IMG/VR virus record: IMGVR_UViG_3300016464_000088
Span: 1 to 24,511 of that record
DNA length: 24,511 bases
From: a virus
Lineage: Duplodnaviria; Caudoviricetes
Reading direction: 5' to 3' (one strand)
The notes beneath the pieces were generated by a model. The model ran no database searches and was not told the DNA's origin. It saw nothing but the letters and a program-made list of their open reading frames with translations. A program made the position numbers and the translations under genes. Of the stretch, positions 16,798-24,511 are shown piece by piece (the stretch's first letter is position 1; each line of letters starts with the position of its first letter).

Positions 16798-17130
16798 AGG
16801 GTTCTGTGTTTTAGCCTGTTTAAGTTGTTTGATTTTCATTCTTGCCTGTTGTAGTTTAATGTTTTTGTGATGCCTGGTATTAGTGCCGTTGATTGCTATA
16901 TGTTGTAGTTTAGTTAAATGCTTGTGCCTTAAGGGCTGTTTTTGATTATAGACCCAGTGCCAGAAGCAGTCAAGACTCTGTTTGTTGCTTTTGGTAATAT
17001 CTTCCCAAAACTCTTCTTTGAGTCTAATCAATAATACTAAATCATCTGCACATGGATGAGATTCTAGGTCTTTGGCTTTGATGCCTCTCTGCCAACAGAA
17101 TAGATTGGTTTGGTGTTGAATAGATTTCAT
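16789..17130 (-). CDS. Hypothetical 113-aa basic protein, predicted sRNA-regulated
   Basis: Start reassigned to ATG 17130 behind the SD-like GAAAGGGA; Lys/His-rich C-terminus. Confidence 0.72.
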   Translation of the reverse strand: MKSIQHQTNLFCWQRGIKAKDLESHPCADDLVLLIRLKEEFWEDITKSNKQSLDCFWHWVYNQKQPLRHKHLTKLQHIAINGTNTRHHKNIKLQQARMKIKQLKQAKTQNPTT

Positions 17131-17175
17131 TGCGTCCCTTTCAAATACTTGCCATTGCCTGAATAGTTGCAAATG

Positions 17176-17182
17176 TATTTAG
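17176..17182 (-). promoter_or_regulatory. Late-promoter variant CTAAATA
   Basis: Intergenic, downstream of the terminator; predicted +1 at 17170. Confidence 0.55.
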
Positions 17183-17221
17183 CATAGACAAAAAAAAGTG
17201 TTTGAAAATAGACAGAATAGT

Positions 17222-17326
17222 CAAACGAAAGCCCCATGGCGGGGCTTTCTAACAGAGTTTGAAATGTTAGCAACTATTTCCAGGACATCCCTAAATGGCA
17301 AGAAAGGGACTAGGTAGAACTCTGCT
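17222..17326 (-). ncRNA. Candidate ~100-nt antisense-type sRNA
   Basis: Bounded by a CATAAATA promoter and an intrinsic terminator. 5' stem AGCAGAGUU/AACUCUGUU starts at the predicted +1; two internal hairpins; complementary to the minus-strand leader at 17134-17170. Confidence 0.72.
17223..17249 (-). terminator. Rho-independent terminator (possibly bidirectional)
   Basis: GAAAGCCCC-N5-GGGGCTTTC perfect 9-bp inverted repeat, followed by GTTT on the minus strand. Confidence 0.85.
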
Positions 17327-17331
17327 ATGTG

Positions 17332-17339
17332 TATTTATG
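17332..17339 (-). promoter_or_regulatory. T4-like late promoter CATAAATA
   Basis: Overlaps the stop of the ORF ending at 17335; predicted +1 (17326) is the first base of the sRNA stem. Confidence 0.65.
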
Positions 17340-17877
17340 TTTCTTTGTTTTTGTCGTGGTAAAAAGTGATGGTTTCTTGATCACTGTCCAAAATAGTTTT
17401 GGTCAACATGACTCGTTGGCGTTGTTGATTGCCCTGTGTGTTGTAGGCACCTTTGGTTTCACGCATAAAGTCATTGAATTTGATTGAAGCCGCTGAACCC
17501 TGTAGTTCAAATTTTCCATTAAATGGATTTTGAAACATACCACAGGTCACGCATTTTTGTCGCCAGGCTTTTTTGCTGTTCTTTTGGTGTAACTTCGCTT
17601 CTGTTTCACGACCGTTGGGGCAGGTTCTTCCACAGTCTGCACACTCACAGGCTGTTCGTTTGACTTGGGTGATCTGCGGAGGAAATGTAGGATTGGTTCC
17701 GTCAAACATTTCCAAAAAGACTTGTTCGTGTTCATCTTGATATAGTTCCTCTTTGGTTGGTCTTCCTGGTTTGCGGGGTCGTTTGGCATCCCCTGAAATG
17801 GTTCCAGTGACTGTTTTGGGTATGCGCCATTCCGCTACCTCTGTGAGTTTTTGTTTGAAAAGTTTGTCGTCCATCAA
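17335..17877 (-). CDS. Putative Zn-binding DNA-binding protein
   Basis: CECADCGRTC and CVTC cysteine clusters; AT-hook-like RPRKPGRP. Confidence 0.7.
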   Translation of the reverse strand: MMDDKLFKQKLTEVAEWRIPKTVTGTISGDAKRPRKPGRPTKEELYQDEHEQVFLEMFDGTNPTFPPQITQVKRTACECADCGRTCPNGRETEAKLHQKNSKKAWRQKCVTCGMFQNPFNGKFELQGSAASIKFNDFMRETKGAYNTQGNQQRQRVMLTKTILDSDQETITFYHDKNKET

Positions 17878-17898
17878 ACATAGTTATCTACTCAGATT

Positions 17899-18144
17899 TT
17901 AAAACTTCATTAAAATGGTTCCAATCACACCTATGAGTGCAACCACGATAGATCCTGCAGAAGATATGATAGTGGTCTTCAATGACTTTTGACTGTCAAT
18001 GATTTCTTTTTGAACGCTTTCCATCCTAACCTCCAAGGTGATCAATCTCAACTCTAACTGTTTATAGCGTTGGCTGCAGATTGACACATGGGCTGGTAAA
18101 CTTTCGTGTTCTATTTCTGTAGTTTCTGCTAGATCACTCATCAT
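17899..18144 (-). CDS. Holin-like / XhlA-like membrane protein
   Basis: Coiled coil followed by one C-terminal TM helix (IVVALIGVIGTILMKF); downstream of the fibre genes. Confidence 0.55.
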   Translation of the reverse strand: MMSDLAETTEIEHESLPAHVSICSQRYKQLELRLITLEVRMESVQKEIIDSQKSLKTTIISSAGSIVVALIGVIGTILMKF

Positions 18145-18467
18145 GCACTCCTTGCTTCTACTTTCACACGGAAGTTTCTGCGATCAATCAATCCATTGGC
18201 AGTGGTAACTCTGGCAGTGACTGTATAGACTTTGCCTTCCTGTCCATCGCTGAGTTCAATGTAGGTTCTAGTGCCTGACTGCACACCTGAACTGCGATTG
18301 ATCAACGGATCTGGATCATTGACACGAGCCTGGATTGAATATACCACTGCTGAGATTGAATCTCCCGTGGGCAACCATTCACTCCAATCAAAAGTGTAGA
18401 ATAATCTTGCTTCTGTGTCTTTTTTGATAGTAAGACCTTGGACGGTCTGTTCAAAACCTGTGGCCAT
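18141..18467 (-). CDS. Phage fibre-adaptor-like virion protein
   Basis: KD.EA.L.YTFDWSEWL..GDSI...G..G..Y.VT..VTT..G...RR.F pattern typical of small proteins found next to fibre genes. Confidence 0.7.
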   Translation of the reverse strand: MATGFEQTVQGLTIKKDTEARLFYTFDWSEWLPTGDSISAVVYSIQARVNDPDPLINRSSGVQSGTRTYIELSDGQEGKVYTVTARVTTANGLIDRRNFRVKVEARSA

Positions 18468-18468
18468 A

Positions 18469-21400
18469 TTAGTATCTCCTTATTTTATGTATTCTAGTTT
18501 CCTCACGGACAACTTTGGTTCTGTTTTCTTGTTGGATCTTCCATGCTCTAGTTTCTTCAGGAATGATCCAGACATATTTTTCTAGGTCTATGTCACGACC
18601 ATCTATAACCATAGTAGATTGTAGATTAAATTGTGCCTGAGCACCAATTAGTTTATTGGCTAAAACCAATTCAATACTAATACCACTGATATTAGCACTA
18701 ACAGATCTTATCCTAGTTACAGATGCTGTCAATTCTCCCATGCTTTGTTCTAACATGGCGAATGCACGAGTCACACTGGCTGTGGCTGATACAGTGGTTA
18801 CAGATATAGAATTTACAGATGCCTGTTTGATTATTCCTGCACTAGCAGTTAGCACAGTGGTGCTGTTAAACTGACCTTCGCCTGTGATATTGGTAGTGCC
18901 TTCAACCTGAATATTGATATCTGAAATAACTTGAACAGCGGTGCTTCTGGTTCTATTTGCAGTTGATGATAGTGTTTGTGTGCTTTCAATTAACAAAGCA
19001 CCACGAGCAATCTTAACAGGCGTCGCTGACAGCACAGAATTTACATCTGCCGCGACCATAAAACTGCCTATTTTTGCAGTCGCTGAAATTGTGACGCTAA
19101 ATGCTGATAAATCACTGCTAAATTGAACTATCTCGCCTGCAACTGCTGATAAATCTGTGGTTGAAATCGCAGAAATTGCATTTTCACGAATTCTAGACGC
19201 AGTAGTATCTACACCAGTGGTTGAGGTGATTTGACCATCAAAAGATCGTGTTCTAGCATTATCTATGATTGTTGTGCTAACAACTTGTAGATTGGCTACA
19301 AATTTGATCAATCCTTGTGTGACTGCATCTAATTCACTGGTGCTGTCTAGATTAGATTGACCATATGCAATATAGCCTACATCTGTTTGTTGTTGGCTGT
19401 CTATATCTAGACTGCTGGTATAATACCTTATTCTTTGCCCATCAATTTGTGTTTGACTTTGAGAGATCAAATCAGACTCAAAGTCTACGCTAAGAATACC
19501 ATCTGCGTTAAACACCGTTGTTGAACCAATACTTAGATCAAAACCAGCGGTTTTTACTGCCACAGCATTAAGTTGGCTAGTAGAAGTTAGTGCAGTATCT
19601 GTGGTTCTGTTTAGAGCCGCTACTGTAAACTGTATTGAAATTCCAGCGATGTCAACTTGTGCATCTACAGTCTTTACAGCATCTACCACTGATATTGTAG
19701 TGGCAGTTTGATTAGAATCTAAACCTCTGATACGATCTGCGTTAATGGCTGTTTGGCTAGTAGATTGGATCTGTGCATCATGACCTCTGATACGATCTGC
19801 GGCGGCTGATAACTCAGCAAGACCTAGAGCACTGAGCACAGTTTCACTGGTTCTTTGTGCAGTAGCAGATAGTGTGCTGGTAATGGCTGAATCAGCACGA
19901 CCATTTTGGATACCTGTCAATGAGGCAGTCACAACCACTGTGCTTAATAACTGTGCCTGTTCTATGACAGCATATCTTGAATCATCATAGAAGTCAGTAT
20001 TGAAATGCACCAACAGATCTGTTGTGGCTGTGTTGTCCCACTGTTTTGTAGGAGGTGTAAATGATGATACAGAAGTTGATGTTAATAATTGATCTGTGAT
20101 TAACAGTTCATCTATAAACAGAGAATTAGTAGATGCTGTGGTTGATTTAATCCAAACTTCAGCATTGGTTAAAGAAAAAGTTCCTCCCCAAGAATCAGCG
20201 AGATTTGATTGGCGTTGACCATTGATCCATATTTTACAGACTCCTGACTCAAAACCTATTCTGATATGATTCCATCCGTTGTTCAATGAATTGAGACCAT
20301 TGCTATAGGCATTAACACCTAAACCATCATTGAATATACCATTGACTTGAAGACTACCATTACTTTGAGTAATTTCAAGATATTTGTTTGATCCGTCGCC
20401 TTTGATACTTAAAAATCCACCGCCACTCAAACCAGCACCTGCTAGCCAAAAATCAATAGTGGCTATTGAATTAAAATCATTAGTTAAATTTAGGTATTTG
20501 ATCTTTCCAGGTAATGTATTTTCAGGAACTGGCAATGAATACTGTGTGTAAGAATTAGCATTAGTGCTGACATTAACTTTATTGTTGACAAAATTAATGA
20601 ATCTAGTTCCTGTCCAAATTGTTGGAGTAGATGCATCAGCACGATAGTAAAGATCAGGACTCAAATCTGATAAAGCAGATAAATTTGAACCAATTTGTGT
20701 TTTACTTGTAGTTTTAACAATAAATTGACTATTACCACCTGTTATCCATTGTGCATAATTTTGTGCATCATTGGCAATAGTAACTCTGGTCCATGTTCCA
20801 GAAACACTTGATGCATAAGAAATATAACTTGCACTACTACCGTAATGTCCTACTACATATTGACCGTTTATGAATGCATAAAAGTTTCTAGATGAATTAT
20901 TAAAATTACCATTGGCTCTGCTAGTCCAAGTAGTTCCGTTAGTAGAACTATAACTCATATGGTTAGTATAGTTTCCGCCATGAAACGATAATTCAGATCC
21001 ATTGTTTATAAATCCTGCCAGACTGAATCCATCAAAATTTGAAGAAAATTGGCTGAATACCTCACTTAAATTAGTAAATGAAGTTCCTCTCCATATACGC
21101 ACACCAGTTGTGGCTACTCCTATTACATAATAGTAAGTTCCTACATAGCGAACTATACTTCTACGGCTAAAACTAAAATCACTGATATTGCCTGTGGTAG
21201 CAGTCCAGGTTTGTCCATCTGAAGATGTATAAAATTTATCTGTATTACCACCGCTGCCTACAAAAACTACAAAATTGCTGCCTACTCTAATAACATTGGT
21301 AAAATCTGCAGAAGATGGTAAGTTATTGGTATATCTTGTCCATGATGTGCCATTTTGATCAGAACTTACATAGGTATATCCATTTGAAATGTAATATACC

Positions 21401-22776
21401 TGTGTTCCAACAACAATGAATCTTTCTGGTTTATTAGATTCGTTTGGATAAGGTCCTTGATTAGTAATACTTGGAATTGATAACGAATTAGAACCAAATT
21501 GTGCATAATTGTTTAATGCAAGAGTGGTATAACCATCACCTGCATCAGTAGTAAAGGTAGTTCTTGGTGCTAAAATCCTGCTGGCAGCCAATAATATTGA
21601 AATAGATTCTATATTAACTGCACTGGTTTTATTGGTGTTGGCAATAATTGATGATACTGAAGTTGCTGCCAGTGATGCTTGTATTAATCTAGATACAGTA
21701 AAGTCGCAGACCAATTGGCTTTGACCAAATGCTGATAAATCAGCGCCTTCAATATGACTGATAGTGGCAGTGATTTCAGTTTGTGCTACAAGATCAGCAG
21801 ATAATGATTTTTGTCTAATTACATCTGCACTGGTAGTGCTTTGACTGACCAAATCAGCATTAGTGTTGAATATTCTTAATGGTTGAGCAGACTGCGTTGA
21901 ACTTGATTCAAATGTTGCTGATAACTGTTGAATTCTTAGTGCATCTATTGTAATAACATTTTCTATGCTGATGTCTGCTTGACTAAATCTTACTCTTTGT
22001 GCTTGAAGAGTTTGTTCTGTGCTAATGACTAATTGTGATTCATATTCTCTAATGGCTTCTACTTGGATAGATACCACTGCATCACTAAATGCAGAAAGGT
22101 CAGCACCTTCAATATGACTGATAGTGGCAGTGATTTCAGTTTGTGCAATCAATGTTGATGCAAAATCTCGTTGCATCTGTGCAGACGAATTTAAATCACT
22201 AAAAATAGTATGTGTGCTATTTGCATCACTGATCTTGTTTGCAGATACAGATATTGCAATTATAGTTTGAACTTCAATAGATGTTTGTTTGATTACAGAT
22301 ATGTCTGCATTTAAATTTGAAGTTGAAATTAAATCAGCACCATTTTGATTACTCTTAAGTCCATCACAGACAAAAGAAAACGCAGCCTGCTGATCTGATA
22401 AGAATGCACGGCTGCGTCCAAAGTCTGCAGAAACAGAACTGGTAGCATCTGCCTGTGCTGATAAATCTCTCAGTCTACGACCATCTGTGGCAATGTCAAA
22501 TATCGCTGTGGCCAATAGTTGGCTATCTCTGATTAACTGTGCCTGTGTGGCCAGTTGGCTTTCACTGAGTGCAAATAAATCAGCACCTTCAATATGACTG
22601 ATAGTGGCTGTGATCACTGTGGTAACAACCATATCTGCCTGTGCTTGTGTAATTTTTCCAGCATCACAAGTCATAGTTGAAGTCACAGACTGAGCAATGG
22701 CAGCATCTGCAGTATAGACAAAGTAACCTAGACTGGGATTGTAATAATTTTCTTCAATGTAATATAAATCTGCCAC
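18469..22776 (-). CDS. Large virion fibre protein: ~20-aa repeat shaft with central beta-propeller and LamG-like domains
   Basis: 1435 aa; Ser/Thr/Ala-rich repeats flank Asp-box-like motifs (YTSSDGQTWT, YSSTNGTTWT) and a LamG-like domain (TIDFW...WNHI...IWING...IDEL); GTG start with AAGGAG SD. Confidence 0.8.
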   Translation of the reverse strand: MADLYYIEENYYNPSLGYFVYTADAAIAQSVTSTMTCDAGKITQAQADMVVTTVITATISHIEGADLFALSESQLATQAQLIRDSQLLATAIFDIATDGRRLRDLSAQADATSSVSADFGRSRAFLSDQQAAFSFVCDGLKSNQNGADLISTSNLNADISVIKQTSIEVQTIIAISVSANKISDANSTHTIFSDLNSSAQMQRDFASTLIAQTEITATISHIEGADLSAFSDAVVSIQVEAIREYESQLVISTEQTLQAQRVRFSQADISIENVITIDALRIQQLSATFESSSTQSAQPLRIFNTNADLVSQSTTSADVIRQKSLSADLVAQTEITATISHIEGADLSAFGQSQLVCDFTVSRLIQASLAATSVSSIIANTNKTSAVNIESISILLAASRILAPRTTFTTDAGDGYTTLALNNYAQFGSNSLSIPSITNQGPYPNESNKPERFIVVGTQVYYISNGYTYVSSDQNGTSWTRYTNNLPSSADFTNVIRVGSNFVVFVGSGGNTDKFYTSSDGQTWTATTGNISDFSFSRRSIVRYVGTYYYVIGVATTGVRIWRGTSFTNLSEVFSQFSSNFDGFSLAGFINNGSELSFHGGNYTNHMSYSSTNGTTWTSRANGNFNNSSRNFYAFINGQYVVGHYGSSASYISYASSVSGTWTRVTIANDAQNYAQWITGGNSQFIVKTTSKTQIGSNLSALSDLSPDLYYRADASTPTIWTGTRFINFVNNKVNVSTNANSYTQYSLPVPENTLPGKIKYLNLTNDFNSIATIDFWLAGAGLSGGGFLSIKGDGSNKYLEITQSNGSLQVNGIFNDGLGVNAYSNGLNSLNNGWNHIRIGFESGVCKIWINGQRQSNLADSWGGTFSLTNAEVWIKSTTASTNSLFIDELLITDQLLTSTSVSSFTPPTKQWDNTATTDLLVHFNTDFYDDSRYAVIEQAQLLSTVVVTASLTGIQNGRADSAITSTLSATAQRTSETVLSALGLAELSAAADRIRGHDAQIQSTSQTAINADRIRGLDSNQTATTISVVDAVKTVDAQVDIAGISIQFTVAALNRTTDTALTSTSQLNAVAVKTAGFDLSIGSTTVFNADGILSVDFESDLISQSQTQIDGQRIRYYTSSLDIDSQQQTDVGYIAYGQSNLDSTSELDAVTQGLIKFVANLQVVSTTIIDNARTRSFDGQITSTTGVDTTASRIRENAISAISTTDLSAVAGEIVQFSSDLSAFSVTISATAKIGSFMVAADVNSVLSATPVKIARGALLIESTQTLSSTANRTRSTAVQVISDINIQVEGTTNITGEGQFNSTTVLTASAGIIKQASVNSISVTTVSATASVTRAFAMLEQSMGELTASVTRIRSVSANISGISIELVLANKLIGAQAQFNLQSTMVIDGRDIDLEKYVWIIPEETRAWKIQQENRTKVVREETRIHKIRRY
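21746..22608. repeat. Three in-frame direct repeats (ITATISHIEGADL)
   Basis: 41-bp identical copies at 21746-21786 and 22106-22146; shorter third copy about 22580-22608; spacings 360 and 480 bp. Confidence 0.9.
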
Positions 22777-22787
22777 AGTCTGCTCCT

Positions 22788-24511
22788 TTAAGTTGGTATT
22801 TTTCCATTGTCATCAAAAATAGCAGTTGATGAATTTGTGCCATCACCATGGATCAATAATAATGTATTTGCGTCTGCTTGAAATGGTGCTGTAGGTGCTG
22901 TGAAATTAGCGGTATAACGATTGGTAGATGATATGCGTATTTCATCCATCCAGATGTTAGGACGAGCACGATAGTATGAACCCATAGAAAGTCCGTGGTT
23001 CTGAATCCACATAGTGCCTGTTAATGTGCCTGAGGCTCTTTCTGTGCCATCAATATAAATTTTAATGCCTGAACCTGTTTTAACAAATGCAAGATGATAC
23101 CAAGTATTTGATGCCAGTGTGGTAGATGATGTGATCTGTCCATAGTTAGCATAACTTGAATTGTAAAGATAGGCAAAACGAACTGTGGCATTATTCAAAA
23201 CACCAAAACTCCATGCAAACGGATAGTCTGTGGGATTTTGCAACCCAATACACACTGAAGCAGGTGTATCGCCATCTTGTAAATTAGTAAATCCTGGCGA
23301 TGACGGCACATATAACCAAAACTCTACAGTATAATTGGTATAGTTAGGCATATTGGTAATGGTCTGTATAGTGGCATCATTCCAAAAACCATTTAGATAA
23401 TTAGCGGAACCCCCATTTGTTCCATTAAAATAAACACTGGATCCACCAAACTTTGATTGAGTAGTAGATACAGCCGCATTTCCTACGGTGGTGATATTGA
23501 TAGGCGATCTAGTTGATCCGTTGTCATCACGGAACACAGTAGTGGTATTAGAACCATTCATATGCATCAATAACAATGTATTTGTGTCATTGACGAATGG
23601 TGCAGACGGTGCTGTGAAATTGCCAGTGTAGCGAGCAGAATTAGATATTCTTATTTCATCAATATAACCTTGCCATACCACAGAATCAGTAGGCACATTG
23701 TTGTTAGTTGAATCATGAAATGTGCCTATCTTTAATTGATTTACATTGGTATAATCAGTGGTGCTGGTAAATGTTACTTTGCTGACACCATCTACATAGA
23801 TAGTGACATTATTAGAACCACTGCCGTTCCTAACCACTGCAAAATGATACCAAGTATTGGCAGCAATGGTGCTATTGGCAGATTCATAAACTGTTCCACC
23901 GCTGAATAAATTTTCCCAACCAATCCTACCTGTGCTGGTTATTACATACAAACCCCAACCGCCAGCATTGATGTTGTCATAGTTTCTTTTACTAATAATA
24001 CCTGTCTTTCTTGTAGAACTTGCCTTGGTATTGTAGATCCAACCTTCTATGGTAAAATTACCAGTTCCAAAAGCAAAATCTCCAGTATCTCCTACATTTA
24101 GAAAATCTCCTGTTCCATCACCAAGATAACTTGATCCATTAAATTTACTGACCGCTGTGGAAATCTGAGCATTGCCTGATGGAGTAATACCAATTTGACC
24201 ACGGATACCATTGTCATCTTCAAAGAATGTTGAAGCATCAGTGCCATCAGCATGGATCAATAAAAGTGTATTTGCATCATTGACGAATGGTGCAGTAGGT
24301 GCGGTAAAGTTAGAAGTATATCTGGCAATATCTGAAATACGAATTTCATCTATATGTCCATTCATACCTGTAGTTCCTGTAGTATCTCCACCTATACGAA
24401 TAATAGCATTGGAAATTTCAGGTAAGGCACCACGACTAGCCACAGCAGTTCCATTCAAATATAAAATCATTGATGAAGGTGTTTGAACCCAAGCAAGATG
24501 ATACCATGTAT
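22788..24511 (-). CDS. Tandem LamG/concanavalin A-like domain virion protein, 5' truncated
   Basis: Frame open to the window edge (TWYHLAWVQTPSS precedes the track Met). At least 3 repeats of WYH.A.V...Y.DG...DEIRIS...RYT.NFTAP.APF..D.NTLLL.H. Confidence 0.88.
   Translation of the reverse strand, partial: TWYHLAWVQTPSSMILYLNGTAVASRGALPEISNAIIRIGGDTTGTTGMNGHIDEIRISDIARYTSNFTAPTAPFVNDANTLLLIHADGTDASTFFEDDNGIRGQIGITPSGNAQISTAVSKFNGSSYLGDGTGDFLNVGDTGDFAFGTGNFTIEGWIYNTKASSTRKTGIISKRNYDNINAGGWGLYVITSTGRIGWENLFSGGTVYESANSTIAANTWYHFAVVRNGSGSNNVTIYVDGVSKVTFTSTTDYTNVNQLKIGTFHDSTNNNVPTDSVVWQGYIDEIRISNSARYTGNFTAPSAPFVNDTNTLLLMHMNGSNTTTVFRDDNGSTRSPINITTVGNAAVSTTQSKFGGSSVYFNGTNGGSANYLNGFWNDATIQTITNMPNYTNYTVEFWLYVPSSPGFTNLQDGDTPASVCIGLQNPTDYPFAWSFGVLNNATVRFAYLYNSSYANYGQITSSTTLASNTWYHLAFVKTGSGIKIYIDGTERASGTLTGTMWIQNHGLSMGSYYRARPNIWMDEIRISSTNRYTANFTAPTAPFQADANTLLLIHGDGTNSSTAIFDDNGKIPT

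Noticed and set aside
17881-17892. TAGATA/TAACTA as a late promoter for the Zn-finger gene
   Set aside because: Deviates from the consensus and the spacing does not match the other sites.
211-24486. Plus-strand and nested alternate-frame ORFs in the track (e.g. 211..399, 1988..2368, 3473..3889, 12149..12505, 17547..17789)
   Set aside because: They shadow well-supported minus-strand genes and show no recognisable motifs; the Pro-rich ORF is the antisense of Gly codons in the tape measure.
21746-24511. Diversity-generating retroelement TR/VR pair
   Set aside because: Repeats are in-frame domain duplications with mismatches not limited to adenines; no non-coding template copy or RT is seen.
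1-24511. Alternative genetic code
   Set aside because: Genes are intact and tightly packed under the standard code, and TAA, TAG and TGA all serve as stops.

Overview
Part, probably most, of a small tailed-phage genome with siphovirus-type, lambda-like tail genes; every credible gene is on the minus strand. In transcription order (right to left): LamG-repeat protein (5' truncated), 1435-aa fibre, fibre adaptor, holin-like protein, Zn-finger protein, a module of sRNA + 113-aa ORF + ~420-nt structured non-coding region, about 12 small unknown ORFs (with a consensus sigma70 promoter and a second ~210-nt structured element), terS, terL, portal, endonuclease VII, scaffold, major capsid, head-tail proteins, tail tube, frameshifted tail chaperones, tape measure and tail-tip genes (truncated at base 1). 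No polymerase, primase, helicase, integrase, sigma factor or endolysin is recognisable. Two features stand out. First, transcription units start at T4-type late promoter motifs (TATAAATA/ATAAATA), several giving leaderless mRNAs, which suggests dependence on a T4-like helper phage. Second, a separately terminated ~100-nt sRNA is complementary to the leader and RBS of the next gene, which is followed by a large origin-like or ncRNA-like structure. All motif and structure calls were made by eye; no searches were run.
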